From the NCBI GenBank assembly GCA_016748015.1, contig JAAOMT010000183.1, forward strand, positions 78,272 through 142,271: a stretch of 64,000 nt of DNA, written 5' to 3'. The translations under genes and the position numbers were made by a program. Source of the stretch: Geosiphon pyriformis uo1 (lineage: Eukaryota; Fungi; Glomeromycota). The notes beneath the pieces are model-generated. The model had not been told where the DNA came from. It did no database searches and saw only the letters and a list, made by a program, of their open reading frames with translations. Shown here one piece after another: positions 1-13,400 of this stretch. Position 1 is the stretch's first letter. The number at the start of each line of letters is the position of its first letter.

Positions 1-99
1 TTGATCATATTATCAATTAGAAATTATAGAAAATGATCAGATCAATCAAATCCAAAAGAAAGAGCTCAGGGAGGATTGATTAAACAGTAAAATAAATAC

Positions 100-1451
100 C
101 TGTCTCTTGTTACTTTACTTAGTGGACTTTCATCTGCTTTTTTCTTCTCTTGATTTGTAGTAGTATTTGTAGTTGGTGCACCAGAATTACTGGTACTTGA
201 AATACCTAACGAAGCTGTGGCAGAGCCGGCAGGGACAGTAGCAGGCTGCGATGACGTAGGTGGGGGTGCGCGACTACCACTACTGCTGCTCATAAAGCCA
301 GATATCCTCCCGCTTTGCTGCAATTGTATTTCTGTTTGTTCAAGCTTTTCGGCAAGATCCTTAATTTGTCGCGCTGCATATTCACGATTCTATATGACAT
401 AAAGAGTTAAATTAAAAATAAATTTGCAACTTGAAATAAGGAAGAGGTATTCACCGTGATGAGAGGCGATTGCGATAATGTGTTAACCCAATATTTATTC
501 CAAAGTAGTTCCAATAAATGGGTATCAAGAGTCGATTTAAAATGCGAAATTTCAAGTTGGTAATACCTATTTATTGATAAAAATTAATATCACAATTTTA
601 AAACAAGGTCATAAAAAAATAGAATGTGGTCAAAAATAATCTCACTGTTTGCAATGAACACCGAAGTCTTCAATTTTACTCAAGGGGATAGTTTGATATT
701 CTGAAGGGCCCTCATCGGGAGCTTTATATCCCTAATAAGGGAAATTTTCTGGCATGATCAAAATCATGTTAAGGGTATTATTATGGAATTGATAAATGAT
801 ACTTACCGCGGGGAAAGTTCTAAATGCACCAATCTCTACCTTTCCAGCTGAAATTGTTCGATTGGGATCAATCTGTTACATTAAATTGGATAAACTGGTC
901 ACTTTTTGACAGAAAATTAAATTTATAGAATCAATTAGAATGTAGTATACCACAATTGCTACAAAAGGATCCTGGTATTGCTGATTTGTCATTTGGGTGG
1001 TAACATCAATTCCAGAAAGCCAACAGCCATAGCCTGGATGGCTGTGATACCAACCGACGGCGTTCTCTAATCTCCCGACTTGCCTAATCAAAGTCAGATA
1101 TTGAACCATGTATTCATAACCTTGCTCCTGGGCGTTCACGCGTGTTTCAGTACCCTCAACCGGCAATGCGTATGCGTCCATGATTATCAGGGTTCTACCG
1201 TTAATTTTCCCTTGCATGAGACCCATGACCTCAATGCTACCTCCGGATCGAGCGTGCATGACCATCTTGATTAAAGCAACAGCTGATATTCTCACTTTAT
1301 CAAAGTAATGAGGATCTTTGGACCAAGGTTTTGTAGAGAGTATTGAAGTCTGCTCTGCATTGTTAAAGTGATAAATCTGATCTTGGGCAGGATCAACTTC
1401 AACAATGTTGTTTGCAAGCTCAAAAGTCTTGCGAGCGTTCTCGGTATCCAT
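100..1451 (-). CDS. CSN5: COP9 signalosome subunit 5 (JAMM metalloprotease); last exon lies beyond the window start
   Basis: Motifs [26 protein letters not shown] and [25 protein letters not shown] exons at about 1451-951, 872-807, 731-646, 566-455, 389-100 give [19 protein letters not shown] and [15 protein letters not shown]. Confidence 0.95.
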
Positions 1452-1929
1452 CAGAATTATTGAAATATTGAGAATGAATCAACATTCCTATTTATTGTCA
1501 CGACTCACATGATCGAAATGATTTTTAACACAAAAGTGGGTTTTCAATAAAATAATAAATCAAAAATTGTTTAAACATTAACAATAAAATAAATAAATAA
1601 GTATATGCTAATTAGTAATCTGAATTGTAAATTATTAATACAAAATATTATTGCTAATTATAATAATTTTTATTAATTTATTAAATCAATTATAGTGGTT
1701 TCTTTATAAGTACATGTTCTTAAAAAAAATATTTACTTAAAAAATAGCCAATAAAAAATAGATATTCTTTTATTAAGTTAATTAATTATATATATTATAA
1801 AATTTTTATTTGAATTTATATTATATAATTGCTTATAATATCTTTTAATTCCATTATTTTTCATATTTTTCAAATTAAGACAAGTAATAAGTTTATGAAT
1901 TTTCATTTTTATTATGAATTAAAACAGAT

Positions 1930-2770
1930 TTTACAAGCTTAATTCTATTAATAACCAATTTTTTTTATGTTTTTTGATTATTTTAAGACTTTTTATCTTA
2001 AATATATAATTATATACAATTTTTACATAAAAACAATTTAAGAAAACAATACAATTTTGTTTTATTTTTTTATAAAAACCACTTTATATAAAAATTTTAG
2101 TTTATTTATTTAAATATTATGCAATTTTAGCTGTAATTTATATATTTTTAGGCTTTTATATATATTAATTTAAGCTTTAATGTTATTTTTAAAAAAAAAA
2201 TTATTTTAAATATATATAATTATAAACAATTTTTACATAAAATATTTAAAAAAACTAATACAAACTTATTTTAAAATTGTATAATAATTAAAATATTGAT
2301 TGTATTATATTAAAAAAACAAATTAAAATTTTATATAAAATAATTTTTGTAAAAATATAAAACAAATTTGTATTGTTTTCTTGAATAACTTTTATATAAA
2401 ATTGTTTATAATTATATATTTAAAAAAGAATTTTTTTAAAAATACTAAAACTTAAATTAATAAGATTTAAAAAAATATAATATTTAAAATATTAGTTATA
2501 TTATGCCAAAAAAATAAAATAAATTTTTACATAATATAATTTTATATTGTTTCTTAAATAATTTTCATGTAAAATTATTTATAATTAGATATTTAAGAAA
2601 AAAGTTTTAAAAATAATATTAAAACTTAAATTAGCAAAATATAAATAATAATTAAAATTACATAATATTTAAAATATTAATTATATTATATATATAAAAA
2701 CTGAGTTTTTATTTATATGTTTTAAATTTTGTTAATTTAAACTTTAATATTATTTTTACATAAAATTTTT
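1930..2770. repeat. Degenerate AT-rich foldback: direct units mirrored by inverted copies about an axis near 2310
   Basis: 2001-2060 is approximately the reverse complement of 2362-2420. 2210-2270 repeats 2001-2060 directly. 2160-2195 is approximately the reverse complement of 2601-2640, and 2112-2136 of 2645-2670. Confidence 0.6.
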
Positions 2771-4124
2771 TAAAAATTTGCTTTTTTTATTTTAAATTAA
2801 ATAAAAAATAATTGAAACTTCTTTTTTTTTTATGTCCCAAATTCCTGAAAGAGAGTCTTTTTTGTTGAGAGAAGTTTTTTTTACTGTCTTTACTTTTTAT
2901 CACTATTCAGTTAGACACTTCATAATCTTTTCTGTTTAAATACAAGGCTGCTGTTGGTGGTGGCATTTCTGTTATGAAGAAAGTTAAGAAGAAGTTGCTG
3001 TCTGGTTCTGCTATGGTTGACTTTTCTTCTAGAAAGAAACGCAAGAGTGATTTATTAGTAGAACTCATCAAGATGGTTGATATTGCTGCTAGTGGTGCCT
3101 CTGGTGGTACAGCTGAGAGTGTGAGTGGGGATACTACTGAGTCCAAAAGTGTTGATATGGAAGAGAAGTATTTAGTAGAAAAAACCAGCTTCCAGCAAAA
3201 AAGTGAGGGAGAGTCTGGTGGTAATAATACTGAAATGATGCCCAAAAGTCCCAAAAAAATTGTTACCAAGTGTACTCTTGGAAAATTTCTTAGCACTATT
3301 AACTTTGACATGGAAAATGATGATGATAATGATATTTTGGATGGATCACTCTTTCTCTCTCTCCCTTTCTCTTTCAAACATATGGTGCAGGTCTCAGTTA
3401 GGAAATCTTTTGCTCTGAATATTGATCTTGGAGTAGTGGCTGGCAAGTTGTCTCAGAAAAAATTAGCCTATATTAGAAAAATTTTCTCTGGTGTAAATAG
3501 TTTTGGGGGGTCTCTGCCCTCTCAAAATTTGGTGAAATCATTTGGATTTTTTTTACTTCTGATAAGGCAATGATGGCTACAGCAAAATTGGCAAATGATC
3601 ATGGTGTTGTGGTAAACACTGATTTCAAGTGTCCTATCAACAACTGTATAAATCAGACAATTGTGCTAAAGAAAATTCTAGTAGGAACATCTGTTAAGAC
3701 TGTGTGAACTGTGATATCTGAATTTGAAAAGATTAAGGCAATCAAAATGCAATTGGTGAGTTTGTGGCAGAAAACGATCATCGAGTTAAATAATCAGAAT
3801 TAAGCTGATTTTTTGGCTTCTAAGTAGTCTATTCTTATCAGGAAAGATGCAGTGCATGTGGCCAGGACTGATGTTGACAAACAAATGTGGAATGCCAGGA
3901 ATATTTACAGAGCATTGCTTTATACTCTCCTTGTGAGAATAACTGCTCATGACCTGTGGGAATTCATTGGTTTTATGGGTGAAAAAACCTGTGTCATCAA
4001 TCACAATCCAATCAATTATACTTGTGCTTGTTATGCCATAGTGTGTTTCAAATCTGAGTTAAATTTGGCTAATGTAATTGCTACAACACCTGTTATAAAA
4101 AGAGTTGGTCTCTATTGGTCTCGC

Positions 4125-4961
4125 TGTTACAGATGATTTTTTCTACTATGGAGTTGAATAACAAATCCATAACTTGGTGCTCAAAAGCTATCTCTGTTGA
4201 TAATGTTCTGAAGTGTTGTATCTGAAGGTTTTGATGGAGTTCTTTGTATAATAAACAGAGATTCAATAAGGGTTTTATCCATAGCTTTCCAGACTCACAA
4301 GTCTGTCAATTTTTTTCTCGGCTTGGTGGCTGGTAATTCTTTGGTAAGTAATCTGTATTTTTTGTACATGTCCTACCCACTTGCAGAAGTCTTTTACCAG
4401 GCAATCCTTGACGTTAGTAATCAGCGCTTTTAATCAATTGGTTAATGCACAATAACAAAATCAAAGAAAATAAAAAAAATAAAGAAATATAAAGAAAAAA
4501 GCCAAGGTGATTTGCAAATTTAGTATTCCGTCAATATCTGTGATCAAGAGCTATTGTTCCAGTGTAGTTAAGTATTAATTACTATCAACATAGAGTGTTA
4601 ATAGTGAGGAGTGGATTGAGATATGAAATAATTATTTATTTGATGATTGTGTTTCTGAGCTAAGGATTCTGTCGTATCGATTCTGTCTTTTCTGTTTCTA
4701 ATGCTACTGCTATATATACATAATTGAGATTTCTTAATTCCTTGATTCTTCATGACAGAAATCCTAGAATTCCTGGAATCCTGTGATTCCTTTGAGAGGA
4801 ATCCTGGAATTCTGGAATCCTGTAATTCCTTATTGGGGAATCCTGAAATTCCTGGAATCTTGCAATTCCTGAAAGGAATCTTAGAATTCCATATTTACTA
4901 CGCCTACTTTTGATTGGCTAATAATCATGCTAATATATTTCCTATATTTCTATGAGTAATA
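4125..4961 (-). repeat. 3' LTR of Gypsy copy 1
   Basis: Colinear with 13767-14603; tgtta...taata ends; internal GGAATTCC/GGAATCC tandem array at ~4735-4890. Confidence 0.95.
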
Positions 4962-4976
4962 TTATTCCCTCTTTTT
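4962..4976 (-). other. Polypurine tract of Gypsy copy 1
   Basis: Minus strand reads AAAAAGAGGGAATAA immediately before the 3' LTR. Confidence 0.85.
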
Positions 4977-5987
4977 AATATTGAGCTCCGTCAAAATTCA
5001 ACTCATTTAATTCCCCCTCTTGAAGTATTTTCTGGATTTTGTTTTCGAGAATTACTTGTGTTATTTGGGTCTGTAATTCTTCAAATTGAGCATTGGTGAT
5101 TTTTCCCAATTGATTACTGGTAACCATATCCATTGCTTTGTTGAGCAATATTTCTGGTCCATCTTAAAATGCTGTGTGTATTCGGTATATGGCTCGGGCC
5201 TGTGTAGATAAGTTGTTCCTTCTCACAAAATGTTCTAATTGTTGTAGTATTCTTTTGTCAAATAATTGCTTTGTTTTATCTGTATATAGATTCTGGATAT
5301 TTACATGTTGTCCCAAGTAAAAATAACAATAGTTTCGTGAAAATTGTTGTATCTACCAATTCCAAGTTTCTTTAGTCAATTCTTAATATAGTGACTCTTT
5401 TGTCGGCTCTTTTATTGCTAATTTTACTTTCGCAATAATTTTGTCCACAGTATTTTTAGTTTTCTTCTGTGTTCTGAGTTGAAATGTCTTTTTAGTATCT
5501 TGATATTGAATGGTTTGTTGATTGATTGTAATTTCCATTTCCTGATGTTGGATTAATTGAAAGAGTTGTTGTGCTAGTGAGTGAATGTTGTCTGTAATTT
5601 CCNNNNNNNNNNNNNNNNNNNNTGTTGTAGTATTCTTTTGTCAAATAATTGCTTTGTTTTATCTGTATATAGATTCTGGATATTTACATGTTGTCCCAAG
5701 TAAAAATAACAATAGTTTCGTGAAAATTGTTGTATCTACCAATTCCAAGTTTCTTTAGTCAATTCTTAATATAGTGACTCTTTTGTCGGCTCTTTTATTG
5801 CTAATTTTACTTTCGCAATAATTTTGTCCACAGTATTTTTAGTTTTCTTCTGTGTTCTGAGTTGAAATGTCTTTTTAGTATCTTGATATTGAATGGTTTG
5901 TTGATTGATTGTAATTTCCATTTCCTGATGTTGGATTAATTGAAAGAGTTGTTGTGCTAGTGAGTGAATGTTGTCTGTAATTTCCAT
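4975..5987 (-). pseudogene. Gypsy copy 1 accessory ORF3 (about 210 codons once the gap duplication is removed), function unknown
   Basis: MEITDNIHSLAQQLFQ...ILENKIQKILQEGELNELNFDGAQY*; aligns with the copy 2 ORF at 25089-25724. Confidence 0.7.
5240..5985. other. Assembly gap (20 N, 5603-5622) flanked by a 363-bp duplication
   Basis: 5240-5602 matches 5623-5985 with no difference seen; typical unmerged contig overlap. Confidence 0.9.
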
Positions 5988-6041
5988 TTTTCTGATATTT
6001 CCTGTTACGTTTACCATGTTTTTATATATTTTTTTGATAGA

Positions 6042-7424
6042 TTAATTTAACATGTTGTTGTTGATAATAACAATTGGTTCCAAATCTCGTGGAATCTCAT
6101 TTGGTTGAACTAGTATTTTCTGTACTCCTAATTGTGAAATATTACTGGTAGATAGTAGTGTAATGTTGTGATATGGTTTCAGTTAATCTTCATGTGCTGC
6201 TTTGGTTAAAATTTTGTTATCCAATCTTAATTTGTAAGCTCCATTTCCTAGAATTTCTTCTATGTGAAATAGTCCATCCCATTTGGGGTCAAATTTTCCA
6301 CTCCATTGTTTTTCCACTTTGGTACGATGTAGTAATACTTTGTTTCCAATCTTGAATTCAACTGGTTTGTCTGGTAGTTGACTATTGTGTCTTTCTTTCT
6401 GTTTTTCTTGTGATTTTTGAATATTATCAGCTGCTCTTTTTCGTTTGTTTTCCAATGTTTCTATTAAGTCATATGTTCTTCTCAGCAATGTTTCTTGAAA
6501 ATTTTTTTTTGTTATTGGTTCAGCTGGATATGTATTAATTTCTTTCTCTACTGGTAACATTGCTGTTCTCCCATACACTAATTCAAATGGTGTTGCTTGT
6601 GTAGTATCTTGTTTCATTGTTCGATAAGCAAATAGTACTGATGATATGAACAAATCCCAATCGTTCTGGTTTTTTTGGCTGAGCTTTGCTATTGCTTCAC
6701 ACAATGTTCTGTTGAATCTTTCTACTAATCCATTGGTTTGTGGGTGGTATGGTGATGATAATGGTCTTTTGATTCCGAATCTTTGGCTCAATTCTGTTAA
6801 TGTTCTGTTCACAAAATGAGTTCTTTGGTCTGATAATAATTCTTTTGGACATCTATGTTGACAAATCAAATCCTGATAAATAAATTTGGTGATGGATTCT
6901 GCATCCGTTCTTTGAATTGCTTTCACCTCTGGCCATTTAGTGAGATAATCCATAGCTACTGCTATGTATCTGTTTCCTTTGCTGGTGATTGTTAATGGTC
7001 TGACTAAATCAATTCCAATATGGTTGAATAGTTGTCCCACTTTGATTGGTCTTAATGGTTCATTGGGTCTTGTTCCTTCTTTTCGCTGACAAGCATCACA
7101 ATTTTGAACATATTGAATGATGTCTGAGTACATTGATGGCCAATAGTATCTCTTTTTGGTTCTTTTCATGGTTGCTTTTTTGTGAAAATGTCCTGCTGTT
7201 AGATTTGAGTACATGTTGAATAATATTGTCTCTTTTTCTGGCTCTGTAATTACTCTGGTTGGTTGATCTGGATCCCTTCTATTTTTCCAATAAAGTATAT
7301 TTTGGTGAGTGATAAAATATTTTGATTGTTGTTTAATATTCTTTCGTTTCATTTGAGATAAATTCTCCTTGAACTGTTGAGTGTTTATATAATGTTGCAA
7401 TTGTTGATATTTTTGTATGTTCAT
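6042..7424 (-). pseudogene. Gypsy copy 1 integrase (zinc-binding, DDE core, SH3-like C-terminus), own ATG
   Basis: AGHF..YYWP..CDAC; IGIDL; LLSDQ; YHPQTNGLVERFNRTL; KWDG.F.I; one premature stop at 6183. Confidence 0.9.
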
Positions 7425-7486
7425 TTTTTGTTGTATTTTTTGTTGGTATTGTTCTGGTTTTGTTATATTTTTGGGTTGAAATGTTC

Positions 7487-10400
7487 CTAGATTTGTCTCA
7501 TTCGCAATAAACTGTCCGCATTTCTGTTGTCTTTTCCCTTTTTATAATGTATAGTATAATTATATAATATGAGTGCTATTTTCCATCTTGACTGTCTTCC
7601 ATTTCCAAATTCTTGTTTTTGAAGTGATGTTAATCCTTTGTGATTTGTGTACACTTTAAACTTCTGACTCAAGTATTTTTTCCATTTCATGACTGCCCAG
7701 TATATTGCTAAGTGTTCTTGTTCTGGTGTTCCATAGTTCTTTTTGGTGGGTGTTAAACCTCTGCTGGCATATGCTACTGGATGTTCTCTGCCGTCTGGTC
7801 TTCTCTAAGATAGTACTGCTCTTAATGTTTGGCCAGATGCATTGGTGGTAATGATGAATAATTTGCTGTGATCTGGATAGATCAGTACTGGAGCTTGGAT
7901 GAGCTTTCTTTTCAAAGTATCAAAAGCTTCTTGTTGACTTTCTGTCCATTCATATTTTGTATTTTTGTTTTGCAGTTGGTTGAGTGGCTGTGTTATCTTG
8001 GAGAAGTTTTTGATAAAATGTCGATAGTAGCTGGCAAATTCCAAGAATGATTTCAGTTCTGTCATATTGGTCAGCACTGAAAAGTTCTTTACTATCTCTA
8101 TTTTCTTTGGATCTGTTTTGATGCCATTTTTGCTGACTATGTGTTCCAAGAATTTTAGTTTTGTCTTGCCAAAGAAGCACTTTGTTGCATTTAACTTTAG
8201 TCCTGTTCTTCTTAGTCTTTCGAACACTTGTTAAAGATGATGAAGATGATCATCAAATGTTTTTGAGAATACATTGGTGTCATCCAAGTATACAACTACT
8301 GATTTCCACAATAAGCCAGTATAAATGATTTCCATTAGCCATTGAAAAGTTGCTGGGGTATTGGTTAAGCCGAATGGCATTACTTCAAATTCGAAATTCC
8401 CATCTTCTTTTTGTCGGCCGGATTCATGGCTACTTGCCAGTAACCACTATCCAAATCTAATGTTGAAAACCATTTGTTCCCACTGAAAGCATCAAATAAT
8501 TCCTGTATTCGTGGAGTTGAATAACTGTCTTCACAAGTTACACCATTGAGTTTCCTGTAGTCTACACAAAATCAGATTTTTCTATTCTTCTTATGGACGA
8601 GTACTACTGATAACAACCATGGGCTTATTGATGGCTGAATTAGCCCATTGTCAAGCATTCAGTTTATTTCTTGACAAATAATCTTGTGGCTGGCTGGTGG
8701 CACTCTGTATGCTTTTTGTTTAATTGGCATTGCATCTCCAGTTTTGATCTGATGCTGGATGATATCAGTTCGGCCAAACTTATTTTCGCTGGCAAAGATG
8801 TCATTGAACTGGTTGAGCAACATCTTGAGTTGCCTATGTTGGAGTGGATCTAAGTTTCTTAGGTTTATTTGTTCCAATTGTTCTGGTTGGAGCAAATAAC
8901 ATTCACTTCGTTCGTATATTGTTTGTGATGTGATATCAACATATCCACAAAGTTGTGGAAAGTCTGGAATGGGGTTTGGTGGTTGATCCTCTATTTCAGT
9001 GTTTAAGTATTCAATGATAGTTCTGGCTGGTATTACTATGACATTTCCTGTGTTGTTGTAGATAAGAATTTTGATGTGGCTGTAATCTTTGGCTGGTATG
9101 TGGAGATTGATGAGTCCAACTTTTCCTGATTCACAAAGACTGGCTTCTGCTTCAAAAATTTGTGCTTGGTTTTTTTCTTTTCTTTCTATTGTTAGCATAT
9201 ACTGGTTATATGGTGGAATAGAAATAGCTTGACCAGTTGAGATAATTTCTCCTTGGCCAACAATTTCTTCCTTCGCCATATTAACTAGTATATCTATTCT
9301 ACCCATTGATCCAAATCCTTGTATCCCTCTTGCTGTTATTCCTAATTCCTTTCTATTTCCCACTGATACTAATTGCACTATTTTCACTAGAGGCAGGAAT
9401 ATTTTCTGTGCTATCTTTTTGTTTGGCTTTATGATATAGGCCTTTTTAGAGTCGTTTTGTAGCATAGTAATGATATTTCCTACATATCCCGTGTCAATTA
9501 TTTCTCCTCTGATATTTATCCCTCTTTTCGCTAAACTACTTCTGGATGCTAGTTGAATTATTGTTGTTGCTGGAATTTCTAAAGCTACTTTTAGATTAAT
9601 ACATGTGTATGAATATGGTTCCAATTTGATGGCATTTTTTTCTGGATATCTCAGATCAAATTCTGCATTAGTATCATGCACGCGTTCTGGCATGATACCT
9701 TCCCTATTATCACTATACCATTTCAACTCTTGTTCCTTGAAGAGATCTGGTAATGCAATGTATTGTTCATAGTTTAAATCGGAGTTTGAATCTGAGTTTA
9801 AATTGTCTTTGTTGTTATTGTCATTTTGAATGGAGCTGGAACCAGTGTTTTCATCATCATTGTCGGAGTCTGGATCGCGATTGATTGGTGATTCTGATTC
9901 TGATGCACAGCTGCTGATTGGTTCTTCTTCTTTAGGGATTGTGTAGATCATGCGTGGTGGTGGATTGTAAATGAGGTCATAATTGTCACAATATTCAAAG
10001 TCACTGGGAATTAAACAATGACAACACAGTTTTGTATTTAACTGTGTTAGCCATTGTTCTTGTTCTTCTCTAGTGGGTGCCAAGTTTTGGTAATGTTCAT
10101 GGAACTCTTCTGGTTCCAGAAAATTTATGACTGGCTCTGCATCTTAGTCAAGCTCAATGGGTTCTGATGGGTTGTTTTTAATTGTCCTGATTTCTTCTGG
10201 CGATGTGCCTTCAATTTTGGCAATTTCTATTTGCCATAATTCATCATTATCGTGTGAACAACTGTCTAATCACTGTACAGCTCTTCTCCAGGTGGCTTCT
10301 ATGGGTGTTCCTTTCTCAACCCAGTCACTAATGAGGATCATGTATTGGCAAGACATGTCACACATTTCTCCTCTTCCCAGAATGTTGTTCCACATTCCTT

Positions 10401-13400
10401 CATCAAGAAGAGTTTTTCCACAGGCTATACATGGTGTATTATCCTATTTTCTTACTCGTTTTGGTCTTCCAAAATGTTTAACATGGCATGTGTGGCAATA
10501 GAACTTGGTTGCCATCTGATATTCTTCATCATCACCACAGCATGTGCCCATTGATGACAATTTCTTGCTGCAATCAATGCATATCAGTTTGGGTCGGCAA
10601 TAGGTTAATAATTGTTGTTGACCGTAGGTGTATGGGATATAAGTGTTGTTGGCTTGGGTGCTTTCTTCCTCCCTCTCTTTCCCTTTTCCCTTTTTTTCTT
10701 TCCACTCCCAACTCAATGGTTCTTCCTGTTTGTTGTTGGTCCAGGTCAAATCATCTGTTTTCCAGATCAGTTCCTCTTTTTGCTTTCCCTTAGGGTTGTC
10801 GTTCCATGCGAGTATTGGTGGTAGTTTGTTGTGGTCGGCATCGGCCCAGAAGACTTGATAAGCTTCCCAGGTAGGTTTCTCTTTCTCCTCTAGCTCTATC
10901 AATGGTTCTTCTCTTAAAGGAACCTTGAAGTGACCACATGTCGCTGGCATATGTGTGTGTTGATCATTGACACTTAGTTGGAGCTCTTGTATTGTCCAGT
11001 CCAAAACGGCGTTGGTTTTGAACAGCCAGTCATTACCAACTAAAGCTTGATATTAGGTGGCTTTCATCACCAAGACTTTGATGAGAGTGATGATGCCATT
11101 GACTTCAAATGAGAAGTCATCTATCTCGCCAATTGGGATTTTAGTCACTCCATCAGCAGTGATTATATGAGCATTAGCAGCCCGATCAACTCAGCGACCT
11201 AATTGGTCCATGAGTTGTCGCATGATAATGCTGCCTACTGAACTGCTATTAAGGATGAGTTTGATCGGATGTCCATCTACTTTTGCATCCATGTATATTG
11301 CTGTGATGGGTTTCTCCTTAAGGGCAGCTCCACTGAATAATGGTAATTGAGATGGTCTCTTCAGTTTAAAAGGGAAGATGGCTGCTAATAATTTGTCATT
11401 GGTAACCATTGCTGGTGGGATGTTGTTGGTAAGTGTTGTTTGTTGGTCCGATTTCAAGTTGCTGGATGTGGCGTCTTCTGGGGTAATCAGGAGACTTAAA
11501 TAGTGTTGGAAATTTGGGTGTTGGGTGGTACTGGTACCCAAATTCCGAGAATGGAGTCCTAAGCTTTGGTGAGAGGAGCTGGGGATCGGTTGATGAACAA
11601 CCATCATCAGTTTTCAATTTTGAGCAATTCTGGGTTTTGGGTTTTCTGATGTCATTGTAGCTGAGTTTTGGAGTGATGTTTAGATTGATGGCTGAGACTG
11701 ATAAATTATTTAGAACTGTGGCTAATAAATTACTGGAGGCTGCTGTTAATAAATTGTCAGTGGTTGTGGTTGATAAACTGAAGGTTGATATACTGGCAGT
11801 TGATAGATTGGTTACTGCATTATTAGCAAGTAGGTATTTTGATATTGGTCTTGATCTTGATTTGGATAAAAATTCAGCATTTGAAACTGGCGATTGGGGT
11901 TTCTGTATTGATTTCCCGATCATTGGCTGCTATAAGTATGGCAATTAACTCGAATATGGCCTTGTTTACCACAGTTGTGGCAGACACATATTTCTGGCTG
12001 CCACGGCAGGCTAGATGCTGTCGAGAGTGATAGATGTGATTGATTTTGGAAACAATTCACATTTTCTGAATTATTGCATCATTGTGGTGGTTGATATATG
12101 GCGTGATTGTCAGTTAAGTATCCCTCTAGTTTCTGATTAATTGACTCACTGAATTGTTTCAGTTTGGAATCTAATTCAAATGATCTATTCATTACTAGGT
12201 TTACTGCTTGGGCATGGTTGGCTTCTAACTCAGCTGCTTCAAAATCTCTGGCATGAGTAATGGCAGTAGGGAGGTCAACTAGATGCATTGGACGTACTCG
12301 CTGAAGGAGGTTACTGCACAACCCTTTAATAAATTGGTTCAAAATTTGTGGTGCTGTAAAATAGTCAGCTTAAATTGCTTGGATCTGGCGCAGGTTTCTA
12401 TGAAAGCGTCCCAAGTAAGTGGTGACTGCTTCAGTATCTCCTTGTTTGATGGTGGTGAAGAGGTTGGCTAACTTGTTGATGCTGTTATTGTTGCTGAAAT
12501 ATCTTACAAATTCCATCTTAAAGTCATTGAAGGTTTGGGGTTTGATAGCTAGACTTTGATACCATGCATCTATGGTGTCCTTTAGAAAGTATGGGATGGC
12601 TTAAAGTGCTTGGCTGTCATTTCATCCGTTCGCAGTGATGGCTTTCTCTACATTGTTCAGTCATACTTGCACATTGTTTTCTTTGCCGGTAAAGTTGTTA
12701 AGTTTTGTGATTGGTGCATAGGCCATTGGATCTAAATTGGGTTGTTGTGGTGGCTGTTGGAGCAGTTGTTGTTGTACTGGTTGTTGGGGTGATAGTTGAA
12801 ATGGCTGTTGTATGGGTTTGGCTACTAGATTAATCAGCGGTTGATTGATAATAATTATCAGAGGCAAGTTTTGCTGATTAATTAATTCGGGGTTTGGATT
12901 GTTCTGCCTTTGATGATTCGGAGTTTCGATTTCCGAATTTTCTAGATTTAGATTTTGCTGAGCTTAAAGATTCAGGGTTTCAACTTCTGGGTTTTCAGTG
13001 ATCGGGTTTTGGTAAGTAAATTCTTGATCTTCCAATTCTTTTTCCTCTTCTTCTTCAGATAGTTTCCATGATGTAGCAGTTCCAAAGTCTGGTTGAGGTG
13101 GTGGTGATTGAATTCCTGATGGAGTTGGTGATCATGATTTAAATCTTTCAAAATACACTCCATATGGTCCTAGCAAGTCTTTTTTCCATTGTTTGCTTTG
13201 GAACTGAAATCTTCCAAATGTTAATGTCACGTTTGAAGTGGATGAGTCTGCTGATGAGATGTTGATGGCGCTTCCAGACATGTAGTGATATGATAGAGCA
13301 GTTGGTAATTCTACTCTGTGTTTTTTCCAACTAGGTAACTGTATTCCTTTTGGTGTTGCTGCTGACGTTTGTATTCTTCTTTTACCTTTATCTGCATAGG

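Noticed and set aside
5240-5985. Apparent tandem duplication in ORF3
   Set aside because: Matching 363-bp copies flank a 20-N gap and copy 2 lacks the duplication; assembly artefact.
6042-6300. Chromodomain at the integrase C-terminus
   Set aside because: Only an SH3-like module and a short tail; no aromatic-cage pattern.
11396-11923. 175-aa overlapping ORF suggesting a gag-pol frameshift
   Set aside because: Gag and protease are already in the same frame; this is an alternative frame over a Q/P/Y-rich low-complexity linker.
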